A stretch of DNA of 64,000 bases from Deltaproteobacteria bacterium (GTDB taxonomy: Bacteria > Bdellovibrionota > JACOXK01), in NCBI GenBank assembly GCA_016186995.1, contig JACPKQ010000007.1, positions 52,226-116,225 of the forward strand, read 5' to 3'. Shown piece after piece: positions 46,079 through 55,859 of the stretch. Both the position numbers and the translations under genes were made by a program. The number at the start of each line of letters is the position of its first letter. Positions within the stretch are counted from its first letter, which is position 1. The notes beneath the pieces were generated by a model that did no database searches, was not told the origin of the DNA, and was given only the letters and a program-made list of their open reading frames with translations.

Positions 46079-46137
46079 ATTCAGGGGGGGGACTCAACTT
46101 TTATACACATTAATCCGATCAGAAAGGTAGGAAGGAA

Positions 46138-47469
46138 ATGAAAAAAACTCTTTTCACCCTTTTGCTTTCCTTAACTCCTCTTTTCAGTTTTGCTGGAATT
46201 CAAACAGCTCCAAAAGCTCCATGGTTTAATACCATTCCTAACCTTTTCACGAAAGAAGCACTCATCGAAAAAAGAACTTTAGAGATGGTAACACCAACAG
46301 GACTTCTTCTCTACAAAGCCTACTTCCCATGGACGGATAAAGAAAAATATTTGATAAGTCATGATATAGCCGACCTCCCTGCCTGGCAGGGATATCTTAT
46401 GGCTAGCTATGCTTTTAAAGAAGCTGTGACAGGAAAAGACTTTGATCCCGAAATTTCAAAACTAGCAGACGGGCTTTTAAAGTTTTACGAGGTCACAGGA
46501 ATTCCAGGTCTTTTAGGACGATCTGTCATGCCAGATTACACAGGACCTATGCTTCCATGGATGGTCACAAAGGAGCAGCGTCCAACAGCATATTGGATAC
46601 AAGGACCTAAAGGCCAATGGTGGCGAAACGGTGTTGCTAAAGACCATGTAAACTTAGCTGTTTTTGGGTGCTCCATTCCTCTTGCTTTAGAGCGAAGAGG
46701 CCAGATTCATTTAACAGATGAAACACGCCAAAAACTTATTTCTTTCATGCTTCCTCTTGTTCAGAGAATTGTGTACCACGGATTTCAAATTATAGATTGG
46801 AATGGACAAAGAACCGAGTATGGTAGTTTACGCTCGGCAGCAAACGGATTTAACCAGCTTTTAATGCTTCATATGTTGGCTACTGCTGCCCCTTATGACA
46901 GAGGTATGTACAAAGTCTATCGAAGTAAAATTAAAGGGTGGCATAGAACAATTGGTTGGTCACTTGAAGCTCTTGGACAAGGTGTTCATAAAATAATCGA
47001 AAATCGCAGAGGCACATACGACAAACCAAGCTTCTCGGACATGCAAGCTTTAGGTCTTGCCTATCTTTCGCTTTATTTCCAGGAACACAGAAGAAAGTAT
47101 ATGAAATCAATTAGAAGAGGAATGGAAGGTGTGTGGAAATTTATGCGCTATGAAAGAAACCCTATGTTTGCTATTCCTTATGTCGCCACGATTCGCGCAC
47201 AAGAGGTTCACCGTATCTTTCCTATTATAGAAGATTTAAGAGATTTCCCAGTGGATAAATATGAGGCTAATACAAGTCGAAGAGATACAAAGTATATCCA
47301 ACCTCTTGCAAACCGTCCTTATAATACAAACTATTGGAAGAGCAGTCCGTTTAGAGCGATTGCTCACACTCCACCTCCGAAAACAGGAAATGAGCAAGTT
47401 TTTGCAGGTATGGATTACCTCTTAGCTTATTGGACGGGGAGATACTTTAATTTAGTACCACACGAATAA
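46138..47469 (+). CDS. Secreted hypothetical protein
   Basis: Signal peptide MKKTLFTLLLSLTPLFSFA. 443 aa with no recognisable motif. RBS GGAAGGAAATG. Confidence 0.45.
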   Translation: MKKTLFTLLLSLTPLFSFAGIQTAPKAPWFNTIPNLFTKEALIEKRTLEMVTPTGLLLYKAYFPWTDKEKYLISHDIADLPAWQGYLMASYAFKEAVTGKDFDPEISKLADGLLKFYEVTGIPGLLGRSVMPDYTGPMLPWMVTKEQRPTAYWIQGPKGQWWRNGVAKDHVNLAVFGCSIPLALERRGQIHLTDETRQKLISFMLPLVQRIVYHGFQIIDWNGQRTEYGSLRSAANGFNQLLMLHMLATAAPYDRGMYKVYRSKIKGWHRTIGWSLEALGQGVHKIIENRRGTYDKPSFSDMQALGLAYLSLYFQEHRRKYMKSIRRGMEGVWKFMRYERNPMFAIPYVATIRAQEVHRIFPIIEDLRDFPVDKYEANTSRRDTKYIQPLANRPYNTNYWKSSPFRAIAHTPPPKTGNEQVFAGMDYLLAYWTGRYFNLVPHE

Positions 47470-47514
47470 TTTATAAACTATGTGAGTTGTGTCGTATTTG
47501 CTTGGGTTTTTTTA

Positions 47515-48834
47515 TTACTCAAACAACTTGAAAATACTTCTCACTAATGGAATATCTTCGATGATTTTTTTGAAAAATCCAGTTGGATTATCTCCAAAAG
47601 GACCTTTTTTCCATTCTTCTAGTTTCCTATCCAATTGTTCTGCTCTTTGTTGAAGAGAAGACTGCCAACCATCATTATCCATACCATCTTTAACAATATT
47701 GAGACCCTCTGTAGCTAGCTTGAAACCTTTAATATCCCATTTAAGAACTTCTTTCAGCACATAGCCAGGAGCTCCAGCCATAGCAGGACTTGCCTGTATT
47801 GGAATAATATCAATGAGATCTAAAACCTTGTCTTCTTCAAAATTGTTTGGATCAAACACTTGAGCTATTGTTAAAAGCTTATCTGTTTTTGAAATAAGCC
47901 CACCAAATACTTTTGTCACTTCTGGCGCGCCCAGGTTTTCTCCAATATCTAAAATAGCCCCAGCTTTACTTAATTGTTCTTTCATGGCAGCTATATTTTC
48001 TTCTTTTGGAAAAACAGGCTCTTTTGAAAAACCCGTATCCATTTTTAAAAGTTGATCGAGAAGTTCTTCGGCCACATTAAGAAATGGATCTTTTAATTTT
48101 TTAAGTTCCTCTTTTTTCTCGTTTTCTTTTTTTGCTGAGGCAATCATGAGTCGTGTTGCACGAATGAGTACTTCTCTTTTTTCTGAAGATTCACGAGCTT
48201 CTTTTAAGATTTTTTCCTTTTTTTCTGCAGCTATGACATCGTATCTTTTTTTAAGATGTTCGCGTGCCCTATCTTGGCACAACCCCATGGCACCTATGTT
48301 TTTAAACCATTGTTCATTACCTGTATGATAAAATCTTTCTAGTTCCATAACTGGTCCGTTGAGAGGACGCAGAAAACTACCGTTATAATAACCTTTTAAA
48401 TGATTACCCATAGGCATCATGGTGAGATAATAATCTTTATAAGAAAAGGCATAAACAACTTCATGAAAAACGGCGACAACTTTATCATCTGTAAAATTGA
48501 GAGGTCCATGAAGGCTAACATAATCTGTAAATTCAAAATCTGGACTCTTTCGAAGTTCCTCAACGCTTTCATAGCCTGGTTTTACGATAATAGCACTATT
48601 AGAACGAAGACCATGAGTGGCTATGTATTTTTTATCATCACGCGTGAAAAAATAAGGAACGCCAGCTTCTTTTTCAATAAAAATGCTTGCATTATAAATC
48701 CATTCACCGTCATAATAACAAAACTTCCAATGACCCTCTAAAGAATCAGCGTAAGATACAGAACTGATAGACAAAAAACACACAAATAGAACGTACTTGA
48801 ATAAAGACTTGAACAACACAACGACCTCCTTCAT
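47515..48834 (-). CDS. Secreted hypothetical protein
   Basis: Signal peptide MKEVVVLFKSLFKYVLFVCFLSISSVSYA. A charged coiled-coil segment (EKKEKILKEARESSEKRE) lies in the middle. Confidence 0.45.
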   Translation of the reverse strand: MKEVVVLFKSLFKYVLFVCFLSISSVSYADSLEGHWKFCYYDGEWIYNASIFIEKEAGVPYFFTRDDKKYIATHGLRSNSAIIVKPGYESVEELRKSPDFEFTDYVSLHGPLNFTDDKVVAVFHEVVYAFSYKDYYLTMMPMGNHLKGYYNGSFLRPLNGPVMELERFYHTGNEQWFKNIGAMGLCQDRAREHLKKRYDVIAAEKKEKILKEARESSEKREVLIRATRLMIASAKKENEKKEELKKLKDPFLNVAEELLDQLLKMDTGFSKEPVFPKEENIAAMKEQLSKAGAILDIGENLGAPEVTKVFGGLISKTDKLLTIAQVFDPNNFEEDKVLDLIDIIPIQASPAMAGAPGYVLKEVLKWDIKGFKLATEGLNIVKDGMDNDGWQSSLQQRAEQLDRKLEEWKKGPFGDNPTGFFKKIIEDIPLVRSIFKLFE

Positions 48835-48981
48835 TGATAAACAATGAAAAACAACACCTTAATTCAAGAAATTTTTATATTAATCTAATAGTAATGGCAA
48901 GAGGTTTCGAAAGCAGACTTTAACACAAACATAATAAATATAACTGGGCTCAGTGCCATCCTGATGTTCGCAAGAATGCTG

Positions 48982-48996
48982 TGGCACATGAATTGC
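48982..48996 (+). promoter_or_regulatory. Sigma-54 -24/-12 promoter, TGGCAC-N5-TTGC
   Basis: gTGGCACatgaaTTGCt. It lies 100 bp upstream of ATG 49096. Confidence 0.55.
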
Positions 48997-49095
48997 TATA
49001 TTAGCGAGATGTGATACAAGTCGTGCTTGTGTCACTATAAAATAGTGCCGTTTTAGGGCATTTTGTAAACAAAATGTTAATTTTCAGAATATATT

Positions 49096-50610
49096 ATGAA
49101 CATTAAAAATTTAATATTATTTTTTGTTTTTGGACTATTTCTTGTTTCATGTAATAGTAATGATAGTAACGATCAGGTTAATAACCTTTCAGCTGAAGAA
49201 GCATTTACCACATTAGCTGGTTCAAAAATCCCAGCAAATGAGATTCAGGCATTATTAAAAGTTCAGACATTTCAGGACATGTTTCAGCTTATTGACAATG
49301 ACCCGAGTGTTGAACTTGTAGCTCTTCCGACAAGATTGGGAACAAGAACAGCTATTAACATACCAGATAATTATTTCTCAGAAGATCCAGTTCTTACTGA
49401 AAAACTGGGAGAAAATAAAGGAATATATGTTGCAATTGGAAAAAAAGTTTATACTCAAAAGGTCGCAAAAATACTTGTAGTACGGGATGTATCTCTTATG
49501 ACACTACGCCATGAATGGTTTCATCATTTAGTAGCTAAACATTCCGGGGACATCCTATCTTATTATTCATACATACATAAAAAACAAATGAGTAATGGTG
49601 ATATTGCGGGAGAATTTAACGAACAAATTATAGAAAAACTTGATGCTTTATCTCGAAACGAAGAATTAAATGGTGGGCTTACGGAGGAAGAATTTACGGA
49701 ATTTTATTTTCTGAATATACAGCGCAGTATTCTTTTTTGTTTGTTCAATTTATTTTCACATATTAGTGAAATTGAAGACTATTTTTTCTTTCTTCAATAT
49801 CGACACAATTATGAAGTGACCAAATTTGAATTAGTTGAAATTAAATTTGCTTTGAATGATTACTTTAAGAAGATAGATGAAAGTATAGAAAGAATAAAAG
49901 AATTTGTTCAGGAGATGCAACAAGAATTAAAAACACACCTTGGAAAAGAAACTCTTCCTCAATATATTCAAGCTTATTTAGATGCTTGGAATAAACAAAA
50001 CGAAGTTTATGAAGAGCAAAGAATTATTGTTCAAAATGAAATAAAAAAATTAGAAAATGAGAATACTCTAGTATTTGTGAAAATTTACTCACATGAAATA
50101 TCTCTCTTTGCTGATCTCAATCTGGATGGTGCAGTCAATCTTACTGATCGTTCAATTCTTGAAAATCTCGTGACTGATCCAGATATGACAGTTGATGAAT
50201 ACATAAACAATACAGCAGACTTAGATGGAGATCATGTTATTACTCAAAATGACTTAGTATGGATGGATCATCTATTAGAAGTTATGCCACTTGATGAGTT
50301 TTCATCTTTTCAACAGCTATTGGCTGCCCTCGCAAAAGAAAGAGGTTATGAAATTGATTTTACAAGTCTTCATACAAATACCAACATCAATAGAGGTTTT
50401 TCTACAATCAAGAGATGTGCATACATTGCTCTCTATCTTGTATTAAAGGATGAACGTTCCAAAAATAAGGATATACAGTTCATTCGCTTTACAGAGGATG
50501 AGTATCAATACAGTCAAAGTGAAAAACAAATATTTATTAAGCCTGCATGGATATCTGAGATAGAAGATTTGTCAGATTTTTTCTTTGCCTTGCCAGAGAA
50601 ATCAGACTAA
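49096..50610 (+). CDS. Lipoprotein with an HExxH zinc-metallopeptidase-like motif and a dockerin-like Ca-binding repeat pair
   Basis: Lipobox FLVSCNSN. The HExxH motif is RHEWFHH. The dockerin-like repeats are DLNLDGAVNLTDRSIL and ADLDGDHVITQNDL. Confidence 0.5.
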   Translation: MNIKNLILFFVFGLFLVSCNSNDSNDQVNNLSAEEAFTTLAGSKIPANEIQALLKVQTFQDMFQLIDNDPSVELVALPTRLGTRTAINIPDNYFSEDPVLTEKLGENKGIYVAIGKKVYTQKVAKILVVRDVSLMTLRHEWFHHLVAKHSGDILSYYSYIHKKQMSNGDIAGEFNEQIIEKLDALSRNEELNGGLTEEEFTEFYFLNIQRSILFCLFNLFSHISEIEDYFFFLQYRHNYEVTKFELVEIKFALNDYFKKIDESIERIKEFVQEMQQELKTHLGKETLPQYIQAYLDAWNKQNEVYEEQRIIVQNEIKKLENENTLVFVKIYSHEISLFADLNLDGAVNLTDRSILENLVTDPDMTVDEYINNTADLDGDHVITQNDLVWMDHLLEVMPLDEFSSFQQLLAALAKERGYEIDFTSLHTNTNINRGFSTIKRCAYIALYLVLKDERSKNKDIQFIRFTEDEYQYSQSEKQIFIKPAWISEIEDLSDFFFALPEKSD

Positions 50611-50622
50611 CCGTCAAGAGAA

Positions 50623-50697
50623 GGGTGAGTGATGGGACTTGAACCCACGGCCGCTGGAGCCACAATCCAGAGCTCTACCAACTGAGCTACACTCACC
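50623..50697 (-). tRNA. tRNA-His (anticodon GTG) with the encoded G-1 residue
   Basis: The minus-strand sequence is GGTGAGTG TAGCTCAGTTGGTAGAGC TCTGGATTGTGGCTCCAG CGGCC GTGGGTTCAAGTCCCAT CACTCACC. This gives an 8-bp acceptor stem including G-1:C73. Anticodon loop tTGTGGc. T-loop TTCAAGT. CCA is not encoded. Confidence 0.9.
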
Positions 50698-50831
50698 ACA
50701 CGAAAAATGTTAAAACAACAAAACAATTCCCCAGTTTGAGGGGATCCCGGATATTCGGCTAAAGCCTCTTCCGGGACTCGTCTTTTTGGGACTGGCGTTT
50801 CCCAAAAATACTTCGGCTACACTCACCACAC

Positions 50832-50859
50832 AAAAAATAAGATCCCTGCTTTCGCAGGG
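50832..50859 (-). terminator. Rho-independent terminator for the minus-strand kefB/CaCA transcription unit
   Basis: On the minus strand, CCCTGC-GAAA-GCAGGG is followed by ATCTTATTTTTTG. Confidence 0.55.
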
Positions 50860-50916
50860 ATGACAGACAGTATAGAAGTAAAATGACTTCCTTATAAAGT
50901 CAATGAGATTGCCGCG

Positions 50917-50947
50917 CCTCATTTCATTCGGCTCGCAATGACGAGGA
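50917..50947. repeat. Half-copy of the palindromic repeat family (CCTCATTTCATTCGGCTCGCAATGACGAGG)
   Basis: About 80% identical to the reverse complement of the left half of the 39927-40015 element. A further degenerate arm, GGGATGACAGACAGTAT, lies at 50857-50875. Confidence 0.45.
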
Positions 50948-50954
50948 GGTTTTG

Positions 50955-51905
50955 TTAATATCGATAGAGAAAATAAAGAAATGTGGCATACCCAAGCAAG
51001 AAAAAGATACCTGTTTTTTTACCTATGTGAACGTGTTTAAAGGCAAGGGGTGCAAAAATAAATGTGACGAGAAGCATAACAGGTATAGAAAGATAAAGAA
51101 TATCATTGCTGATTGTTACATTTGAAAACCCAACGATACCCCCAATGACAAGAATATTAAGAATATTGCTTCCGATAATAGTTCCTAAAGAAATTTGAGG
51201 TTTTCCTTTTAAAACAGCCATGAGACTCACAGACAGTTCTGGAAGGGAAGTGCCCACGGCTATAATAGAGGTTCCGATGATAGAGTCTGAGATTCCAAAA
51301 TAAGTTGCAATATGAACCCCTGTTTTGGTCACGACTTCCCCACCAATAACAAGAAAGACAAGTCCAAGAACAATGAGTAAAAGATCTCTGGCATAATTTC
51401 CTTCTTTTTGAATATCTTCTATATCAAGCTGCTTTTTAAATTGTTTGTCTTCACGAAAAGCTAGTTTTAAATAATAAAAAAGAAATAGTGCTAAAGCTAC
51501 AAGGAGAATAACACTTTCATAAGGTTGTAAAACTTTATCAAAGCAAAAAAGAGCAAAAAGAAGAGAAGCAGCATAAACAGCAACAAGTTCTTTGATAATG
51601 TTTTCAGATTTAATGTTGATATCAAGAAATAAAAGACAGATTCCAAATATCAAAGCAATGTTTGCAATATTGCTTCCTACTATGTTTCCAACGGCAATAC
51701 CAGAGGCCCCATGCCACGCAGCGAGAACACTCACACACACTTCTGGTAGTGAAGTTCCTAGGGCAATAATGGTAGCTGCAATAACAATAGGTTTTATACC
51801 CAAAAGAAGGGCAAGGTTGGAGGCCCCATCTACAAGAACCTTAGCCCCGTAGGAGAGAAAAAGAATTCCGCCAAACAAAAGTAAAAAAGAAATTCCAATA
51901 CTCAT
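50955..51905 (-). CDS. Ca2+/Na+ antiporter of the CaCA family (YrbG-like)
   Basis: Two alpha-repeat signatures: LGTSLPEVCVS and VGTSLPELSVS. I place the start at ATG 51905 (MSIGISFLLL). The supplied ORF extends to 52004 through a 33-bp palindrome. Confidence 0.7.
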   Translation of the reverse strand: MSIGISFLLLFGGILFLSYGAKVLVDGASNLALLLGIKPIVIAATIIALGTSLPEVCVSVLAAWHGASGIAVGNIVGSNIANIALIFGICLLFLDINIKSENIIKELVAVYAASLLFALFCFDKVLQPYESVILLVALALFLFYYLKLAFREDKQFKKQLDIEDIQKEGNYARDLLLIVLGLVFLVIGGEVVTKTGVHIATYFGISDSIIGTSIIAVGTSLPELSVSLMAVLKGKPQISLGTIIGSNILNILVIGGIVGFSNVTISNDILYLSIPVMLLVTFIFAPLAFKHVHIGKKTGIFFLLGYATFLYFLYRY

Positions 51906-51975
51906 TTCTTTTTTATACCAAAGAAATAGGATTCTTGATAGGAAAGATATGGTGAAAAATGATGTAGTTGTTGAT

Positions 51976-52008
51976 TTTTGTGGCACTTTTATCAAAAGTG
52001 CCACAAAA
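51976..52008. promoter_or_regulatory. Perfect palindrome with 15-bp arms, TTTTGTGGCACTTTT-atc-AAAAGTGCCACAAAA
   Basis: It lies 10 nt downstream of the kefB-like stop and about 70 nt upstream of the CaCA start. No U-tract follows on the minus strand. Confidence 0.5.
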
Positions 52009-52017
52009 CCGCAGGGC

Positions 52018-53742
52018 TTATGGGTGCAGTTCGTTGTTCGTCATGTGACCCATCTTATCAATAACAGTTTCAATATCGTTAATGATTTCTTCTTTTGTTT
52101 TTCCAAGCGTTTTGAGAGTGTTTCTTAAAAGATCGATAATGATTTCAAGTTCTGTGTAGGTGACATAGGTTTTTTCACCCCCGAGTTGTTTAAAAAGTAG
52201 AGCTTCATTTTTATAATTTGCCCGAACAATAAGAGGAATATTTTCATTGATATCTCGAACTGTTTTAATAATGTGATGGGTTGCAATGGGGTCTGGAAGT
52301 GTAATCACAATAACTTGTGCATTATGAATACCTGCTTTCTCGAGTAAAAAGGGGGTTGAGGCATCTCCTAAAATAGTTTCAAAACCATCTTTCTTTGCCC
52401 GTTCCACATTATAAATATAGGTATCTATAACAACAGTGTGGGTTTTGTGTTTTTTTAAAATTTTTCCAATAGCACTGCCTACTGTTCCGTAACCTGCAAT
52501 AACAATATGGTTTTTTGGATCTGCTTGAACTTGAATGTCTTTATCGATGTAAAACTTTTTCAAGAATGCAAGAAAAGAAAGATTGGCCATCCACTTTCCA
52601 GCGGGGTGAGAAATTCTAAAAAGAAGAGGGGAGAGTAACATAGAAATAAGTGCTGATGAAACTGTAAGTTGAAATGTTCTTTCACCAATGAGATTGGCTT
52701 TGAGTCCTTCACTTGCAAGAACAAAGGAAAACTCTCCTATTTGAGAAAGTAAAAGGCCTGCTGTGATAGAAAGTGAGAGTGGATATCTAGCAAAAATAAA
52801 AACAAGCGTACAGATAAGAGCTTTTCCAATCACAATAAAAGAAAGTATCATTGATATTTCAAAAATATTTTCTTGAACAAAAACTGGGTTTAAAAAAAGG
52901 CCAATAGAGATAAAAAAAATAGATTCAAAAAAACCCCTAAAAGAAAGTATGTGGGCTGACATTTGATAAGAATATTCAGAAGAGGCAAGCATGACACCTG
53001 CAATAAAAGCCCCAAGAGCAAGAGATAAACCAAACTGATGACTTATAAAAGCAACTCCAAAACAGGTGAGTACGATCATCAGAACAAAAACTTCTCTATT
53101 TCGAGTTTTTACAATTTCTTTAAAAAGTTGATCCATCACAAAACGATTGAGCAAGTAAATGATGGCAAGAAAAACTCCTGTTTTAAAAACCGCGTTGAGT
53201 AAAAGTATAGGGTTAAAATCTTCTCCTCCAAAAATAGGAAGAAGTATCAGCATGGGAATAACAGCAATATCTTGGAAGATAAGAATAGCCATACTCATTC
53301 TTCCGGAAACGGTTGCCATCATCCCTTTTTCTGAAAGAAGTTTAATAACAATAGAAGTACTACTGAGTGAGAGAATACCCCCTAGAAAAATGGCTTTATA
53401 AACGCTTAGATTGAGAAGGTTTGAAAAAAGACAGGTGAGTAAAATAGTGAGAATAATCTGAGCTGTGCCTCCAAAAAGGGCAAGTTTAAAATATCTTTTA
53501 AAGTCATTGAGGGGAAACTCCAGCCCTATTGAGAAGAGGAGAAGAATAACCCCAATTTCTGCAATGGTATTGATGTCTTGAGAGTTTTGAATAATAGAAA
53601 GCCCATGAGGGCCCAGAAGAGTACCTGATAAAAGAAACCCAATAAGAGGTGGAACTTTAATAAATTTTAAAAGATAAACAACAATGAGAGCAACTAAAAT
53701 AATAACAACAAGATGCGAAAGAAGGGTTGCGTCACCGTGCAT
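52018..53742 (-). CDS. Monovalent cation:proton antiporter-2 (CPA2) family K+ efflux/antiport protein with a C-terminal TrkA-N (RCK) domain (KefB/KefC-like)
   Basis: About 12 TM helices. The Rossmann motif HIVIAGYGTVGSAIGKIL lies in the C-terminal RCK domain. Confidence 0.75.
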   Translation of the reverse strand: MHGDATLLSHLVVIILVALIVVYLLKFIKVPPLIGFLLSGTLLGPHGLSIIQNSQDINTIAEIGVILLLFSIGLEFPLNDFKRYFKLALFGGTAQIILTILLTCLFSNLLNLSVYKAIFLGGILSLSSTSIVIKLLSEKGMMATVSGRMSMAILIFQDIAVIPMLILLPIFGGEDFNPILLLNAVFKTGVFLAIIYLLNRFVMDQLFKEIVKTRNREVFVLMIVLTCFGVAFISHQFGLSLALGAFIAGVMLASSEYSYQMSAHILSFRGFFESIFFISIGLFLNPVFVQENIFEISMILSFIVIGKALICTLVFIFARYPLSLSITAGLLLSQIGEFSFVLASEGLKANLIGERTFQLTVSSALISMLLSPLLFRISHPAGKWMANLSFLAFLKKFYIDKDIQVQADPKNHIVIAGYGTVGSAIGKILKKHKTHTVVIDTYIYNVERAKKDGFETILGDASTPFLLEKAGIHNAQVIVITLPDPIATHHIIKTVRDINENIPLIVRANYKNEALLFKQLGGEKTYVTYTELEIIIDLLRNTLKTLGKTKEEIINDIETVIDKMGHMTNNELHP

Positions 53743-53762
53743 AACCTAAAGTATACAGTGTA

Positions 53763-55859
53763 CTAAAAAAGAATGCTACCTACTTGATAAACAAGAAGTG
53801 CTGCAACGTAAGCAAGGGCAGTCATATAGGCAACCATAAAAAGTGGCCAACGCCACGAGTTTGTTTCACGTCTCACAATGGCAATAGTTGACATACACTG
53901 GCAGGCAAAAACATAAAAAACAAGAAGACTCATGGCAACAAGTGGGGTTAAGTTAGTATCTCTTTGAAGGGATTCTCTTAAAGAGAGAGATTCTTCATCG
54001 GCCCCTTCAACTTGATAGATCGTTGCCATCGTGCTTACAAAAACTTCTCGTGCGGCAAAAGAAGCAACAAGACCAATACCAATTTTCCAATCAAACCCAA
54101 GGGGTTTAATAACAGGTTCAATAAACTTTCCAATTCTTCCTGCATAGCTTTGTTCAAGCATGTTTGAAGAAACAACTTGAGGTGAAGCACCTTCAAGAAC
54201 AAGCTTATTTTCAAGTTCTGGATTTTTAGGAAAAGAGCTTAAAAGCCAAAGCACAATGGACATGCTTAAGATAATTGTTCCAGCACGTCTTACAAACATT
54301 TTAGATCTGTTCCACATGTTTCTTAAAACAACTTTAAGTTGAGGCATTTTGTAAGTGGGAAGTTCTAAAATAACAGGAGGAGCTTCCCCTCGAAAAATAG
54401 TTTTCCTAAAAACCCAGGCTGCACCAATAACCCCTATAATTCCTAAAAGATAAAGACCAAAAAGAGTGACACCTGGAAGAGTGAGTCCAAAAGCAAGGGG
54501 TATAGCGGGTACAAAGGCTCCAATCAAAAGAGCATAAACAGGAAGTCTTGCTGAACATGTTGTAAGTGGTGCTACAAGCATTGTTGTAAAACGATCTCTT
54601 TTGTTTTCAATCGTTCTGCAAGCCATAACTCCCGGAATGGCACAAGCAAAAGAGCTAAGAAGCGGAATAAAAGATTTTCCAGAAAGCCCCACACGAGCCA
54701 TCAGACGGTCCATTAAAAATGCAGCTCGTGCCATATAACCAGTATCTTCTAAAAGACAAATGAAGAAAAAAAGAAGAAGAATTTGAGGTAAAAAGATGAT
54801 CACAGATCCCACGCCTCCAATCACACCTTCGACAAAAAGATCACGAAGAAAACTAGAGGGCACAATATTTTCAACCTGAACGGAAAGCCATCCAAAAGTC
54901 GTATCAATCACATCCATAGGATAAGTAGCCCATGTAAAAATAGATTGGAAAAGAATGGCAATCAGTCCAAAAAAGATAAAGGGGCCGGCGACCTTATGAA
55001 GAAGAACTTTGTCGATTTTTTCAGTCCATGTAATTTGGCTTTCAGAGGGGTGATGAAGTACTGTTGAAAGAATTTTTTCAATCCATTGGTATCGAGCACT
55101 AATTTCTTCTTCTGAAAAGTGAATACCTTGCCAGGCAAGTTGATTGAGACATTGTGTAAGGTATTTTTGTAAATCTTCTGGAAGTTTTAAAACTTGAGAG
55201 AGTGGAGAATTTTTAGTGCGTAAAAGTCCACGAGCATAAAAATCTGAAACTTCTTCAGCCACTAGGTTTTTTAAAACAAGTTTTTGACTGACTCGAGAGC
55301 ACAACTCTTCAAGTGGGGGTGAAAGCTTCCATTTTCTTTGTATATCAATAGATGTAAATTTTTCTTCTTCTAGAAAATCTTTAAGTGCTTGAATACCTAA
55401 TTCAGAACGTGCCACCATGGGCACAACAGGAACACCTAATTTATTTGAAAGTTCTTCAATATTAATTTTTTTGTTATGTCGTTGTGCGATATCCATCATG
55501 TTAAGGGCAATAATAATGGGAGTACCCGTTTCTTTGAGTTGTAAAGTTAAATAAAGGTGTCTTTCAAGATTATCGGCGTCAACAACGACCACAATAGCAT
55601 GGGGTTTTTCTGTATCTTTTCTTAAACCTAGAAGAACTTCTTGTGCAATTTGTTCATCGGGCGATGTAGCATCCAAGCTATAAGTACCCGGAAGATCAAG
55701 AACAATAATGTTTTTCCCTTTTTTAGATTTAAAAGCACCTTCTTTTTTTTCAACTGTAACCCCACCATAATTAGCAATTTTTTGCTGGCTTCCTGTAAGA
55801 GCATTAAAAACGGTTGTTTTTCCAGAGTTTGGATTACCGGCAAGAGCAATGCGTATCAT
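53763..55859 (-). CDS. feoB: Ferrous iron transport protein B
   Basis: The N-terminal G domain contains IALAGNPNSGKTTVFNALTG (G1), DLPGTYS (G3) and NMMD (G4). It is followed by a polytopic membrane domain. 698 aa. Confidence 0.9.
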   Translation of the reverse strand: MIRIALAGNPNSGKTTVFNALTGSQQKIANYGGVTVEKKEGAFKSKKGKNIIVLDLPGTYSLDATSPDEQIAQEVLLGLRKDTEKPHAIVVVVDADNLERHLYLTLQLKETGTPIIIALNMMDIAQRHNKKINIEELSNKLGVPVVPMVARSELGIQALKDFLEEEKFTSIDIQRKWKLSPPLEELCSRVSQKLVLKNLVAEEVSDFYARGLLRTKNSPLSQVLKLPEDLQKYLTQCLNQLAWQGIHFSEEEISARYQWIEKILSTVLHHPSESQITWTEKIDKVLLHKVAGPFIFFGLIAILFQSIFTWATYPMDVIDTTFGWLSVQVENIVPSSFLRDLFVEGVIGGVGSVIIFLPQILLLFFFICLLEDTGYMARAAFLMDRLMARVGLSGKSFIPLLSSFACAIPGVMACRTIENKRDRFTTMLVAPLTTCSARLPVYALLIGAFVPAIPLAFGLTLPGVTLFGLYLLGIIGVIGAAWVFRKTIFRGEAPPVILELPTYKMPQLKVVLRNMWNRSKMFVRRAGTIILSMSIVLWLLSSFPKNPELENKLVLEGASPQVVSSNMLEQSYAGRIGKFIEPVIKPLGFDWKIGIGLVASFAAREVFVSTMATIYQVEGADEESLSLRESLQRDTNLTPLVAMSLLVFYVFACQCMSTIAIVRRETNSWRWPLFMVAYMTALAYVAALLVYQVGSILF

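Noticed and set aside
50710-50922. 70-aa minus-strand ORF downstream of tRNA-His
   Set aside because: It overlaps the terminator hairpin, the tRNA 5' duplicate and repeat fragments, and has no RBS. I judge it non-coding.
51905-52004. N-terminal 33-codon extension of the CaCA gene
   Set aside because: The extension would read through a 33-bp perfect palindrome, whereas the downstream ATG gives a canonical YrbG-like N-terminus. I treat it as probably untranslated, with low certainty.
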